Virus record (IMG/VR): IMGVR_UViG_3300044878_000205
Location: 12,589-76,588 of that record
Source of the DNA: a virus
Taxonomy: Duplodnaviria; Caudoviricetes
Length of the DNA stretch: 64,000 nt
Direction: 5' to 3' (one strand)
A model generated the notes under the pieces. It made no database searches and was not told the DNA's origin. It saw only the letters and a list, made by a program, of their open reading frames with translations. How positions within the stretch are numbered: the stretch's first letter is position 1; each line of letters opens with the position of its first letter. Below, in pieces: positions 16,663 to 24,489 of this stretch. Position numbers and translations under genes: made by a program.

Positions 16663-17609
16663 CCTATGGCAGCGTCTGCAGCGGTATCGAGGCCGCGACG
16701 GTGGCCTGGCACCCGCTGGGGTTCAAGGCCGAGTGGTACGCCGAGATCGAGCGCTTCCCGTCGGCCGTGCTGGCCCATCACTACCCACAGATACCCAACC
16801 TCGGTGACATGACCCGCCTCGGCGCTCAGGTGCTGGCCGGCAAGATCGCCGCGCCGGACATCCTCGTCGGTGGTACCCCGTGCCAGGCCTTTAGTGTCGC
16901 CGGTATGCGCGAAGGTCTTGCCGACCCGCGCGGCGCCCTCACCATCAAATACGTGGAGCTCGCAGATGCAGTTGACTATGTTCGCGCCGGCCAGCGAAAG
17001 CCCGCCTGCGTTCTCACCTGGGAAAACGTCCCCGGCGTCCTCAGCGACAAAGGGAACGCCTTCGGATGCTTTCTTGGTGCGCTTGCTGGGGAAGACTGCG
17101 AACTGCAGCCTTCAGGGGAAAGGTGGCCGGACGCTGGTTGTGTGTATGGACCCCGGAGAACAATCGCGTGGCGGGTCCTGGACGCCCAACATTTCGGCTT
17201 GGCCCAACGACGTCGCCGTGTGTTCGTTGTCGCAAGTGCTCGAAACGGATTCGATCCCTTCGAGGTACTTTTTGAGCGCGAAGGCCTGCGCCGGGATTGC
17301 CCGCCGGGACGGGAAGCGCAGTCACTTCATCCTACTCTCACGGCTCAAGGGGGGGGCGCTCTCGATGACCGAGAGGCATATGTGCTGGAGTCAGAAGGGG
17401 TCCGCCGAACCACTCCCGTCGAGTGGGAGCGCTGCCAGGGCTTCCCGGACAGTTACACCATGATTCCATGGCGCGGCAAGTCCGCCGAGCTGTGTCCTGA
17501 TGGTCCGCGCTACAAGGCGCTGGGCAACAGCAAGGCGGTGCCTGTGGTGCGCTGGATCGGTCGGCGGCTTCAGCAGCAACTTGATTGTTCATCAAAGGAG
17601 CGGGCATGA
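16656..17609 (+). CDS. DNA (cytosine-5)-methyltransferase
   Basis: VCSGIEA (I), GGTPCQAFS (IV), WENVPG (VI), QRRRRVF (VIII), RRTTPVEWERCQGFPD (IX), YKALGNS (X). Confidence 0.95.
   Translation: MLTYGSVCSGIEAATVAWHPLGFKAEWYAEIERFPSAVLAHHYPQIPNLGDMTRLGAQVLAGKIAAPDILVGGTPCQAFSVAGMREGLADPRGALTIKYVELADAVDYVRAGQRKPACVLTWENVPGVLSDKGNAFGCFLGALAGEDCELQPSGERWPDAGCVYGPRRTIAWRVLDAQHFGLAQRRRRVFVVASARNGFDPFEVLFEREGLRRDCPPGREAQSLHPTLTAQGGGALDDREAYVLESEGVRRTTPVEWERCQGFPDSYTMIPWRGKSAELCPDGPRYKALGNSKAVPVVRWIGRRLQQQLDCSSKERA
16966..17463 (+). CDS. Overprinted +1-frame ORF resembling the M.EcoHK31I beta polypeptide
   Basis: ggag RBS, ATG and stop conserved in unit 3 (both 498 nt); CSLSQVLET...YFLSAKACAGI motif. 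Confidence 0.6.
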   Translation: MQLTMFAPASESPPAFSPGKTSPASSATKGTPSDAFLVRLLGKTANCSLQGKGGRTLVVCMDPGEQSRGGSWTPNISAWPNDVAVCSLSQVLETDSIPSRYFLSAKACAGIARRDGKRSHFILLSRLKGGALSMTERHMCWSQKGSAEPLPSSGSAARASRTVTP

Positions 17610-17848
17610 GTCAGTCGAGAAAGGCCAGTGCCGCAGAGGCGTTGGTGGGTGTGCTCGTCGGCCTGGCCGTCAGCATGGTCGCCAATGCCATCGTCTTCCC
17701 GCTCTATGACTTCCACCCATCGCTGCTCGATAACGTTGCGATCAGCCTCATCTACACCGGTATTTCTCTGGTGCGCGGCTACTGCGTGCGCCGGGCGTTC
17801 AATCGGTTGGCCGCCCGGTGTGCTGGCAATCAATCGCTAACTAGCTAA
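17606..17848 (+). CDS. Small membrane protein commonly next to phage methyltransferases
   Basis: Two TM segments, ISLVRGYCVRRAFN. Confidence 0.75.
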   Translation: MSQSRKASAAEALVGVLVGLAVSMVANAIVFPLYDFHPSLLDNVAISLIYTGISLVRGYCVRRAFNRLAARCAGNQSLTS

Positions 17849-17864
17849 TTCGCTAAATCGCTAA
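17834..17864. repeat. parS-like 8-bp repeats upstream of the recombinase
   Basis: tcgctaactagctaattcgctaaatcgctaa. Confidence 0.6.
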
Positions 17865-17923
17865 GCGGGCGCCTTGTGCGTCACGGCCTCGCTTTGCCTG
17901 AAATCCGTCCAAGGAGGCTTTCC

Positions 17924-19213
17924 GTGCCGAAAACCCTGCAGGTCGCGCTGTCCGATGCGGCCATCAAAAAGCATGCGGCTGACCCTGCTGTTCGCGAGCT
18001 CAACGACCCGCGGCACCCCTTGCGCTTTCGCTACCGGCTCAAGGATCGCACTCAGGGCAGTTGGCATGTGGTGCGTCGTGGTCAATGGAAGAAGGCCGGC
18101 AACTGGCCGGAAATCAACGCCCGGACCATGCTCGACAACCTACCAGCGGTGTTGTCGCGCCTGCAGGTTGATCCGGCGGCGGTGGCCACGGTCGGTGCCT
18201 GGAGTAGTGTCGGCCAGTTGCTTTCCTGGTACGCCGAACGGGTCCAAGTCGGGCGCACCTTGTCCAAGCCGCGGCAAAGCACCGTGCTCTCGGCGATCCG
18301 CAGGCAACTGGTACCGCGCCTGGGTGATCTGCCCTTGGCCGACCTCAATAAGACCAGCCTGGACGAGCGCCTGTACCTGCCCCTACAAGCCGAAGCCAGC
18401 CTGGCGCATGTCCGCGCGGTGTTCGCCATCCTCAAGTTGGCCTGTCGTCGGGCCGTGGCCATGGACCGTCTGCCGACCGATCCGCTGGCTGGGGTGTCGT
18501 TTGGGCAGTTCAATAAAACCAACATCAAACCCAAGGGTGCGCGTCTGCGACATACCGCGGTACCGGCGCTGCTGGCTCATTGGGCGGCGTCCTATGTCAC
18601 CGCACCGCGCCACGTGACCTTTGCCGTGCTGATGTTGGCCCATGGCACCCGCCTCAATGAAACCCGTTTGGCCCGCTGGCAGGACGTCGACCTGGTCAAT
18701 GCCGAGTGGTTTATCCCGGCGCGGGTGACCAAGGGTGGCCGAGACCATGTCCTGCCGCTGACCGTCCAGGCGTTGGCCTTCCTTCAACAACATAAACGTC
18801 TTCAACAGGGGCGTGGTTATGTTGGGGCCTTTCTCTTTCCCTCGACCACCCGATCCGGCCAGCCCCTGAGTCGTGCTCAAGCCTTTGAATTGTTCACCTG
18901 GTTAGGCCAAGGCGAATGGACCAGTCACGACCTGCGCAAATTGGCCAGAACCACGTGGGCCGAGTTGGGTGTGGATTCGGTGGTCGGTCGCTTGTTGCTC
19001 AATCAGGCCCTGCCCACCCTCGAAGCCACCTATGTGCAAACCACTGCCCTGGTGCGCAAGCGTGAGGCCCTGGAGCGCTGGCACGCCTGGCTCGATGAGC
19101 GCGGGTTTGCCGCCCTGCACGGTGCGACCCCGGCAAGACCGGTCGCCACGGCCACCCCCGTTCAGCCCGCGTCCGCCGTGGCCTGCGCGGCCTTTTCCCA
19201 ACCTAACGTATAA
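17924..19213 (+). CDS. Tyrosine recombinase / integrase
   Basis: HGTRLNE (R), TKGG (K), HDLRK (HxxR), LLNQ, ATY (Y); GTG start after aaggagg. Confidence 0.9.
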   Translation: MPKTLQVALSDAAIKKHAADPAVRELNDPRHPLRFRYRLKDRTQGSWHVVRRGQWKKAGNWPEINARTMLDNLPAVLSRLQVDPAAVATVGAWSSVGQLLSWYAERVQVGRTLSKPRQSTVLSAIRRQLVPRLGDLPLADLNKTSLDERLYLPLQAEASLAHVRAVFAILKLACRRAVAMDRLPTDPLAGVSFGQFNKTNIKPKGARLRHTAVPALLAHWAASYVTAPRHVTFAVLMLAHGTRLNETRLARWQDVDLVNAEWFIPARVTKGGRDHVLPLTVQALAFLQQHKRLQQGRGYVGAFLFPSTTRSGQPLSRAQAFELFTWLGQGEWTSHDLRKLARTTWAELGVDSVVGRLLLNQALPTLEATYVQTTALVRKREALERWHAWLDERGFAALHGATPARPVATATPVQPASAVACAAFSQPNV

Positions 19214-19225
19214 GAGGATCTAAAT

Positions 19226-19402
19226 ATGGATAAGCCAGCAAAAGCGCCGCAGGTCCTGGTGGTCAGCACCGGTCCTTGGGCGTCGATCAAGTTCGGCTTC
19301 TGGAGCTTTGTCGGGGCCATGTCCGCCTTGGGTGCGATGGTCAGCGTGGATCAGCTGCTGACGTTGGTCAGGGCGGCGCTGCGCACCTGGTTGGGGCTCT
19401 GA
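19226..19402 (+). CDS. 58-aa hydrophobic protein, unit-2 specific (not in ORF track)
   Basis: Uses the gagga RBS/ATG that starts the Zn-ribbon gene in unit 3. Confidence 0.6.
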   Translation: MDKPAKAPQVLVVSTGPWASIKFGFWSFVGAMSALGAMVSVDQLLTLVRAALRTWLGL

Positions 19403-19404
19403 CC

Positions 19405-19590
19405 ATGTGCCGGCGCCGCGAGACGAATCGTTGCAGCAACTGCCAGGGCACTGAGTTCGGGATGACCAAGATTGCTGGTCGCTGGGTCTGCGACCCGTGC
19501 AATCGGCAGGAGCCTGAAGGCGATGACCTGGACATCGAAGGCTATGAAGAACGCCGCCGGCAGCGCCTGGCTGAAGCCGAGGAGTATTGA
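19405..19590 (+). CDS. Small Zn-ribbon protein
   Basis: CSNC...CDPC; homolog at 57286. Confidence 0.65.
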   Translation: MCRRRETNRCSNCQGTEFGMTKIAGRWVCDPCNRQEPEGDDLDIEGYEERRRQRLAEAEEY

Positions 19591-19946
19591 ACATGGGGCC
19601 GACCAATGAGGAACGCAGCCCCGAGGCGATCCGCAAGGCTGAGCAGCGCGAGCGGGATGCCGAAGCCGGCTTCGAGGTGGTGCCGCTGCGCCTAGGCCCC
19701 GTGGAGCTGGCCATGCTGCGCAAGGGTCAGCGCGCCCGCGGGGGTGATGAGCCGTACACCGCGGTCGAGTACTTGGCCACCTTGCTGCGCCGCGACCATG
19801 CCTGGCTCCAGCAACAGCAGGGGCTGGTCGCGGGGCGGATCTGCGGGCAGTGTCGTAAGCCGCTGCCGCAAGGCTGTGGTGGTTTCTGGATCAAGGAGGT
19901 CGCCGTCTGCGAACGGGCGCAACTGGAACGCGCCATGCAGTTGTGA
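19587..19946 (+). CDS. Hypothetical protein with C-terminal Cys cluster
   Basis: CGQCRKPLPQGCGG; homolog at 57477. Confidence 0.7.
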   Translation: MNMGPTNEERSPEAIRKAEQRERDAEAGFEVVPLRLGPVELAMLRKGQRARGGDEPYTAVEYLATLLRRDHAWLQQQQGLVAGRICGQCRKPLPQGCGGFWIKEVAVCERAQLERAMQL

Positions 19947-19966
19947 CATGTCACAACGCTAAAAGA

Positions 19967-20135
19967 TTGACAAAAGAGCGGTTAGACAGATTTACTGTTT
20001 TTTTACAGGAATACTGTTTACAAGGCTGGCAGTTTGCCCTAGCATTTGCTCCATCGTGGTGTTCTTGCGGACGCGGCGATACACCTGTACTGCCCCCCTA
20101 AACCCCCAGGCCTCCCCAGCCCTGGGGGTTTTTTT
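19967..20135 (+). promoter_or_regulatory. Putative late promoter region with downstream terminator (pR'/tR'-like)
   Basis: TTGACA at 19967, conserved noncoding block, strong hairpin 20100-20135 ahead of the holin/head operon. Confidence 0.55.
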
Positions 20136-20183
20136 ATTCCTTTTTTCCGTTGTCAGGGCGCGTCGGCCCTCAAAGGACCGCTG

Positions 20184-20522
20184 ATGAATACAGATCACCA
20201 AGCCCTGACTGATATGCCGTTCTGGTTACTCGTCCTGCTGAGCATGGCCGGGCTGTCCGGCGAGATGCTGCGGGCATCGGGCAGTGACTTGAGCCTGCGG
20301 CAGATCCTGCAGCGGGTCGCGTTGCGCTTCCTGGCGTCGGGCTTGCTCGGCATGGCCACGCTGCTGCTCGCGCTGGCCGTGTGGAGCAACCTCTACCTAG
20401 CCGCCGGCCTGGGCATTGTCATCGCCGTGATCGGCGCGGACGTGGCGGGCGGGCTGTACACCCAGCTCCTGGCCAAGAAGGCCGGGCTTCCCATTGGGGA
20501 GCGTAATGACTCCGTCCGTTAA
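20184..20522 (+). CDS. Holin
   Basis: 3 TM, SMAGLSGEMLRA motif of Pseudomonas-type phage holins; first late gene. Confidence 0.8.
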   Translation: MNTDHQALTDMPFWLLVLLSMAGLSGEMLRASGSDLSLRQILQRVALRFLASGLLGMATLLLALAVWSNLYLAAGLGIVIAVIGADVAGGLYTQLLAKKAGLPIGERNDSVR

Positions 20523-20820
20523 GCGCCTGCGCCGGCACGATGGCAGTCCACGGATCACCGGCCGGGCCTTGCAGAAGCGGCGCTTGAGTGTCTGGACCAA
20601 AGACCCGACCTGCGCCGTGTGTGGCCGGGTCGTGGACTTCCCGTCCGGCTTCGAGCTGGACCACCGCGTGCCGCTGTTCAAGGGTGGCGAGGACACCGAG
20701 GACAACTGTCAGGTGCTCTGCAATGGGGTCAATGGCTGCCATGAGAAGAAGACGGCCGCCGACCTCGGCTACCGCCATCGGCAGACCATCGGCCTCGACG
20801 GCTACCCCGTCCAGAGCTGA
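20506..20820 (+). CDS. HNH endonuclease (terminase-associated)
   Basis: CAVC, ELDHRVPLFKGG...NCQVLC...CHEKKT. Confidence 0.9.
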   Translation: MTPSVKRLRRHDGSPRITGRALQKRRLSVWTKDPTCAVCGRVVDFPSGFELDHRVPLFKGGEDTEDNCQVLCNGVNGCHEKKTAADLGYRHRQTIGLDGYPVQS

Positions 20821-20955
20821 CCCAAACGCGACCGATTCCCATCGGCGCGCACCAAAGGGGAGGGGGGGGTGAAAAACCTCCAACCCTCGCTGAGCGGAAA
20901 CCGATCGCTCCCCTCTTTACGCATAACCGCGAAAAACGGACCGGGGGTCTACCGC
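20821..20955. other. Candidate cos packaging region
   Basis: Noncoding, G-run ggggagggggggg then ggaaaccg; located after the HNH gene as in HK97-type cos phages. Confidence 0.45.
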
Positions 20956-22335
20956 GTGAAAAACCCGCTGAAAATCGTCTACCGAGCGCTAGGCGAGCTC
21001 GTACCCTATGCCCGCAACAGCCGCACCCATGACGCGGCGCAGGTCGCGCAGATCGCGGCCTCGATCCGTGAGTTCGGTTTCACCAACCCGGTGCTGATCG
21101 ACGAGGACGGCGGCATCATTGCCGGCCATGGTCGGGTGCTCGGGGCCGCCAAAGAGGCCATGGAGAAAGTCCCGACCATCACCCTGGCCGGCCTGACCGA
21201 AACCCAGCGCCGCGCCTATGTGATTGCCGACAATAAATTGGCACTCAACGCCGGTTGGGACGAGGCCATGCTCAAGGTCGAGCTGGAAGCGCTCAGCGAG
21301 TTCGGTTTTGACATCGAGCTGACCGGTTTTAGCAGCGATGAAATGGCCGCGATGTTCGCCGGCGAGCCAGAGAAGGCCGGTCTGACCGACCCGGACGCGG
21401 CGCCGGATGTGGCCGATCCGGTCAGCGTGCCGGGTGACACCTGGGTGCTCGGCCCTCACCGGGTGCACTGCGGCGACTCGACCTCGATCACCGCCGTGGA
21501 CACCCTGATGGCCGGGCTGATGGTCGATGCCTGCTGGACCGACCCACCGTACAACGTCAACTACGAATCGAAGCTGGCCGGCAAGATCAAGAATGACCAC
21601 ATGAAAGATGCGGCCTTTCGCACCTTTCTGCATGACGCTTATGTCTGTGCGTTCGCCGTGATGAAGCCGGGCGCGCCGATCTACGTGGCGCATGCTCACA
21701 CCGAAGGCGTGAATTTTCACGGCGCCTTTCGCGACGCCGGATTCAAAACGTCGGGGTTCCTGGTGTGGGCCAAGGATTCGCTGGTGCTCGGGCGCTCGGA
21801 TTACCAGTGGCAGCATGAGCCGATCCTCTACGGCTGGAAGCCGGGCGCGGCGCACCGCTGGTACGGCGGGCGCAAGCAGACCACGGTGATGAAGATGGGC
21901 GGCTCGATCTTCACCCAAAACGAAGACGGCACGGTCACGGTGAAAGTCGGCGGCGAGTCCATCGTCATCAGCGGCGAAAACCTCAAGGCCGCGCCGCTGG
22001 CCTCGACCGTGATCCGCTGTGAAAAGCCCAAGCGTTCCAGCGAGCACCCGACCATGAAGCCGGTCGAGCTGATCGCCAAGATGCTGCGCAACTCCACCCG
22101 CGAAGGTGACCTGGTGCTGGACCTGTTCGGCGGCTCCGGCTCGACCCTGATCTGCTGCGAAATGCTCGGGCGTCAGGCGCGCCTGATGGAGCTGGACCCA
22201 CGCTTTGCCGATGTGATCGTCAAGCGCTGGCAGGACTTCACTGGCCTCATCGGCGTGCTCGAAGGTGACGGCCGAACATTTGCGGAGGTGCAAGCATGGC
22301 GGGCTCAGGACGCAAGCCAACCCCCACCGCCTTAA
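20956..22335 (+). CDS. ParB/Srx-domain + N6/N4 DNA methyltransferase fusion
   Basis: IREFGFTNPVL...IIAGHGR; TDPPYN; HPTMKP; DLFGGSGST; GTG start inferred. Confidence 0.9.
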   Translation: MKNPLKIVYRALGELVPYARNSRTHDAAQVAQIAASIREFGFTNPVLIDEDGGIIAGHGRVLGAAKEAMEKVPTITLAGLTETQRRAYVIADNKLALNAGWDEAMLKVELEALSEFGFDIELTGFSSDEMAAMFAGEPEKAGLTDPDAAPDVADPVSVPGDTWVLGPHRVHCGDSTSITAVDTLMAGLMVDACWTDPPYNVNYESKLAGKIKNDHMKDAAFRTFLHDAYVCAFAVMKPGAPIYVAHAHTEGVNFHGAFRDAGFKTSGFLVWAKDSLVLGRSDYQWQHEPILYGWKPGAAHRWYGGRKQTTVMKMGGSIFTQNEDGTVTVKVGGESIVISGENLKAAPLASTVIRCEKPKRSSEHPTMKPVELIAKMLRNSTREGDLVLDLFGGSGSTLICCEMLGRQARLMELDPRFADVIVKRWQDFTGLIGVLEGDGRTFAEVQAWRAQDASQPPPP

Positions 22336-22781
22336 AGCTGGTCAAGGGCAACCCCGGCAAGCGCGCGGTGAACAAAAAAGAGGCCCAGGTGGCCCTGTCG
22401 CAGCCGACGCCGCCGGCGTTTCTCTGCGACGACGGAAAGGTCGAGTGGGGCCGGGTGGTCGACAAGCTGTACAGCGCCGGGCTGATGACCGAGCTGGACC
22501 GCGCGGTGCTCGCCGCCTATTGCCAGTCCTACGGCCGCTGGGCCCAGGCCGAGCGCGCCCTGGCGCGCATGGCTGAAAAAGATCCGCTCAACAGTGCGTT
22601 GATGGTCAAGACCACCAACGGTAACGCCGTCCAAAACCCCTTGGTCGGTACCGCCAATAAAGCCCAGGCGGACATGGTTCGGTATGCGCTGGAGTTCGGC
22701 ATGTCACCGTCCTCCCGCTCTAAAGTGAACGCCACGCCCGATGACCACGAAAAAGACGCGCTCGCGGACTTCTTCGCCTGA
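22296..22781 (+). CDS. terS: Terminase small subunit (P27 family)
   Basis: GRKPTPTALK...GNPGKR; EFGMSPSSR. Confidence 0.92.
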   Translation: MAGSGRKPTPTALKLVKGNPGKRAVNKKEAQVALSQPTPPAFLCDDGKVEWGRVVDKLYSAGLMTELDRAVLAAYCQSYGRWAQAERALARMAEKDPLNSALMVKTTNGNAVQNPLVGTANKAQADMVRYALEFGMSPSSRSKVNATPDDHEKDALADFFA

Positions 22782-24489
22782 TGATCCGGCCACCCAGTAC
22801 GCGCTGGAGGTCGACTCGGGCGCTCGAATTGCCGGCCCCGATATCCGTAACGCCTGTGCCCGCCACCTGCGGGATTTGAAGGACGGCCCCAAGCGTGGGC
22901 TGCTGTGGGACGTGGAGGCGGCCAACAAGGCCATCCGCTTTTACCGCCAGGTACTCAAGCTCAACGGCGGCGAGTACGAGGGTCAGCCTTTCGAGCTGCT
23001 GGCCTGGCAAAAATTCATCGTCGGCAGCCTGTTCGGCTGGAAAGGCAAGGACGGCTATCGGCGCTTTCGCGTGGCCTATGTCGAGACCGGCAAGGGTTCT
23101 GGCAAATCGCCGCTGGCCGCCGGCGTCGGCCTCACGGGCGTGCTCGCCGATGGTGAGGCGCGCGCCGAGGTGTATGCGGCGGCGACCAAAAAAGACCAGG
23201 CGATGATCCTGTTTCGCGATGCCGTGGCCATGGTCCAGCAGTCGCCGGAACTGTCCAAGCGCCTGACCACCAGCGGCACCGGGCTGAACATCTGGAACCT
23301 GGCCTACCTGAAGAACGGCTCGTTTTTCCGGCCGATCAGTTCCGACGATGGCCAGTCCGGGCCGCGGCCGCACATGGCCTTGATCGATGAGGTGCATGAG
23401 CACAAGACCAACCACGTCGTGGAGATGATGCGTGCGGGCACCAAGAGCCGCAAACAAGCGCTGATTTTCATGATCACCAACAGCGGCTCGAACAAGCTCG
23501 GTCCGTGCTGGGGTTATCACGAGTACGGCTCGCGGGTCGCCGCCGGTGAGCTGGTCGATGATGGTTTCTTTGCCTTCATCTGTTCGCTGGATGAAGGCGA
23601 CGATCCGATCCGCGACGAGGGCTGTTGGTTCAAGTCCAACCCATCGCTGCAGGATGCCGATCTGCCGGGCATGAAGTACTTGCGCGAGCAGGTCACCGAG
23701 GCCCGCGGCATGCCCTCGAAAGAGGCCATGGTGCGGCGCTTGAACTTCTGCGAATGGACCGGCGCCGAGGCGCCGTGGATCAGCGCTGACGTGTGGAAGG
23801 GCGCCAAGCGTGACTTCGATTGGGAGTCGCTGCGCGGTCGCCGCGCCTATGCCGGCCTCGACTTGTCCAGTACGCAGGATTTGACCGGCCTGGTGTTCCT
23901 GGTCGAGCCGCTGCGCGAGGGCGAGCCGTGGCTGTTGGTGCCGTTCGCCTGGCTGCCGGATGACGACCTGGAGCGCAAAGGCGAACAGGACCGGGTGCCG
24001 TATGTGGAATGGCGCGACGCCGGGTTCCTCAACACCACGCCGGGCAAGGCCGTCAGTAAGCGCATGGTGCTGCAGCGTCTGTCGGCGCTGTGCGAGTTCT
24101 TCGACGTGGCGGCGGTCGCTTATGACCGCTGGCGGATCGAGGACTTGAAGTCGATGGCCGCTGACGAGGGCATCACCTTGCCGCCCATGGTGCCGTTCGG
24201 CCAGGGCTACAAGGACATGTCGCCGGCGGTGGAGCGCTTCGAGGAGCTGTTGCTCAACGGCGAAATCGTCCACGCCGGGCACCCGGTGATGAACTGGAAC
24301 GCCAACAACGCGGTAACCACGTCCGACGATGCCAACAACCGTAAGCCTTCCAAGGAAAAAGCCATTGGCCGCATCGACTTGATTGTCGCCGCGATCATGG
24401 CCTGTGGCATCTCGGCCAAGGAAGACGAAAAACCGCCGGACACCAGCCTTTCCGACCACCTCGAAAAACACGGGATACGGACGCTCTGA
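22741..24489 (+). CDS. terL: Terminase large subunit
   Basis: GKGSGKS Walker A, LIDEVH, GLDLSSTQDL, RIDLIVA. Confidence 0.95.
   Translation: MTTKKTRSRTSSPDDPATQYALEVDSGARIAGPDIRNACARHLRDLKDGPKRGLLWDVEAANKAIRFYRQVLKLNGGEYEGQPFELLAWQKFIVGSLFGWKGKDGYRRFRVAYVETGKGSGKSPLAAGVGLTGVLADGEARAEVYAAATKKDQAMILFRDAVAMVQQSPELSKRLTTSGTGLNIWNLAYLKNGSFFRPISSDDGQSGPRPHMALIDEVHEHKTNHVVEMMRAGTKSRKQALIFMITNSGSNKLGPCWGYHEYGSRVAAGELVDDGFFAFICSLDEGDDPIRDEGCWFKSNPSLQDADLPGMKYLREQVTEARGMPSKEAMVRRLNFCEWTGAEAPWISADVWKGAKRDFDWESLRGRRAYAGLDLSSTQDLTGLVFLVEPLREGEPWLLVPFAWLPDDDLERKGEQDRVPYVEWRDAGFLNTTPGKAVSKRMVLQRLSALCEFFDVAAVAYDRWRIEDLKSMAADEGITLPPMVPFGQGYKDMSPAVERFEELLLNGEIVHAGHPVMNWNANNAVTTSDDANNRKPSKEKAIGRIDLIVAAIMACGISAKEDEKPPDTSLSDHLEKHGIRTL

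Noticed and set aside
19995-20008. LexA SOS box
   Set aside because: CTGT-N6-ACAG here (and N5 at 14247), not the required CTGT-N8-ACAG.
22720-24471. Long antisense ORFs (also 20989-22320, 26373-27602, 29881-31455, 45264-46391)
   Set aside because: Shadow frames of GC3-rich genes, with no motifs or RBS.
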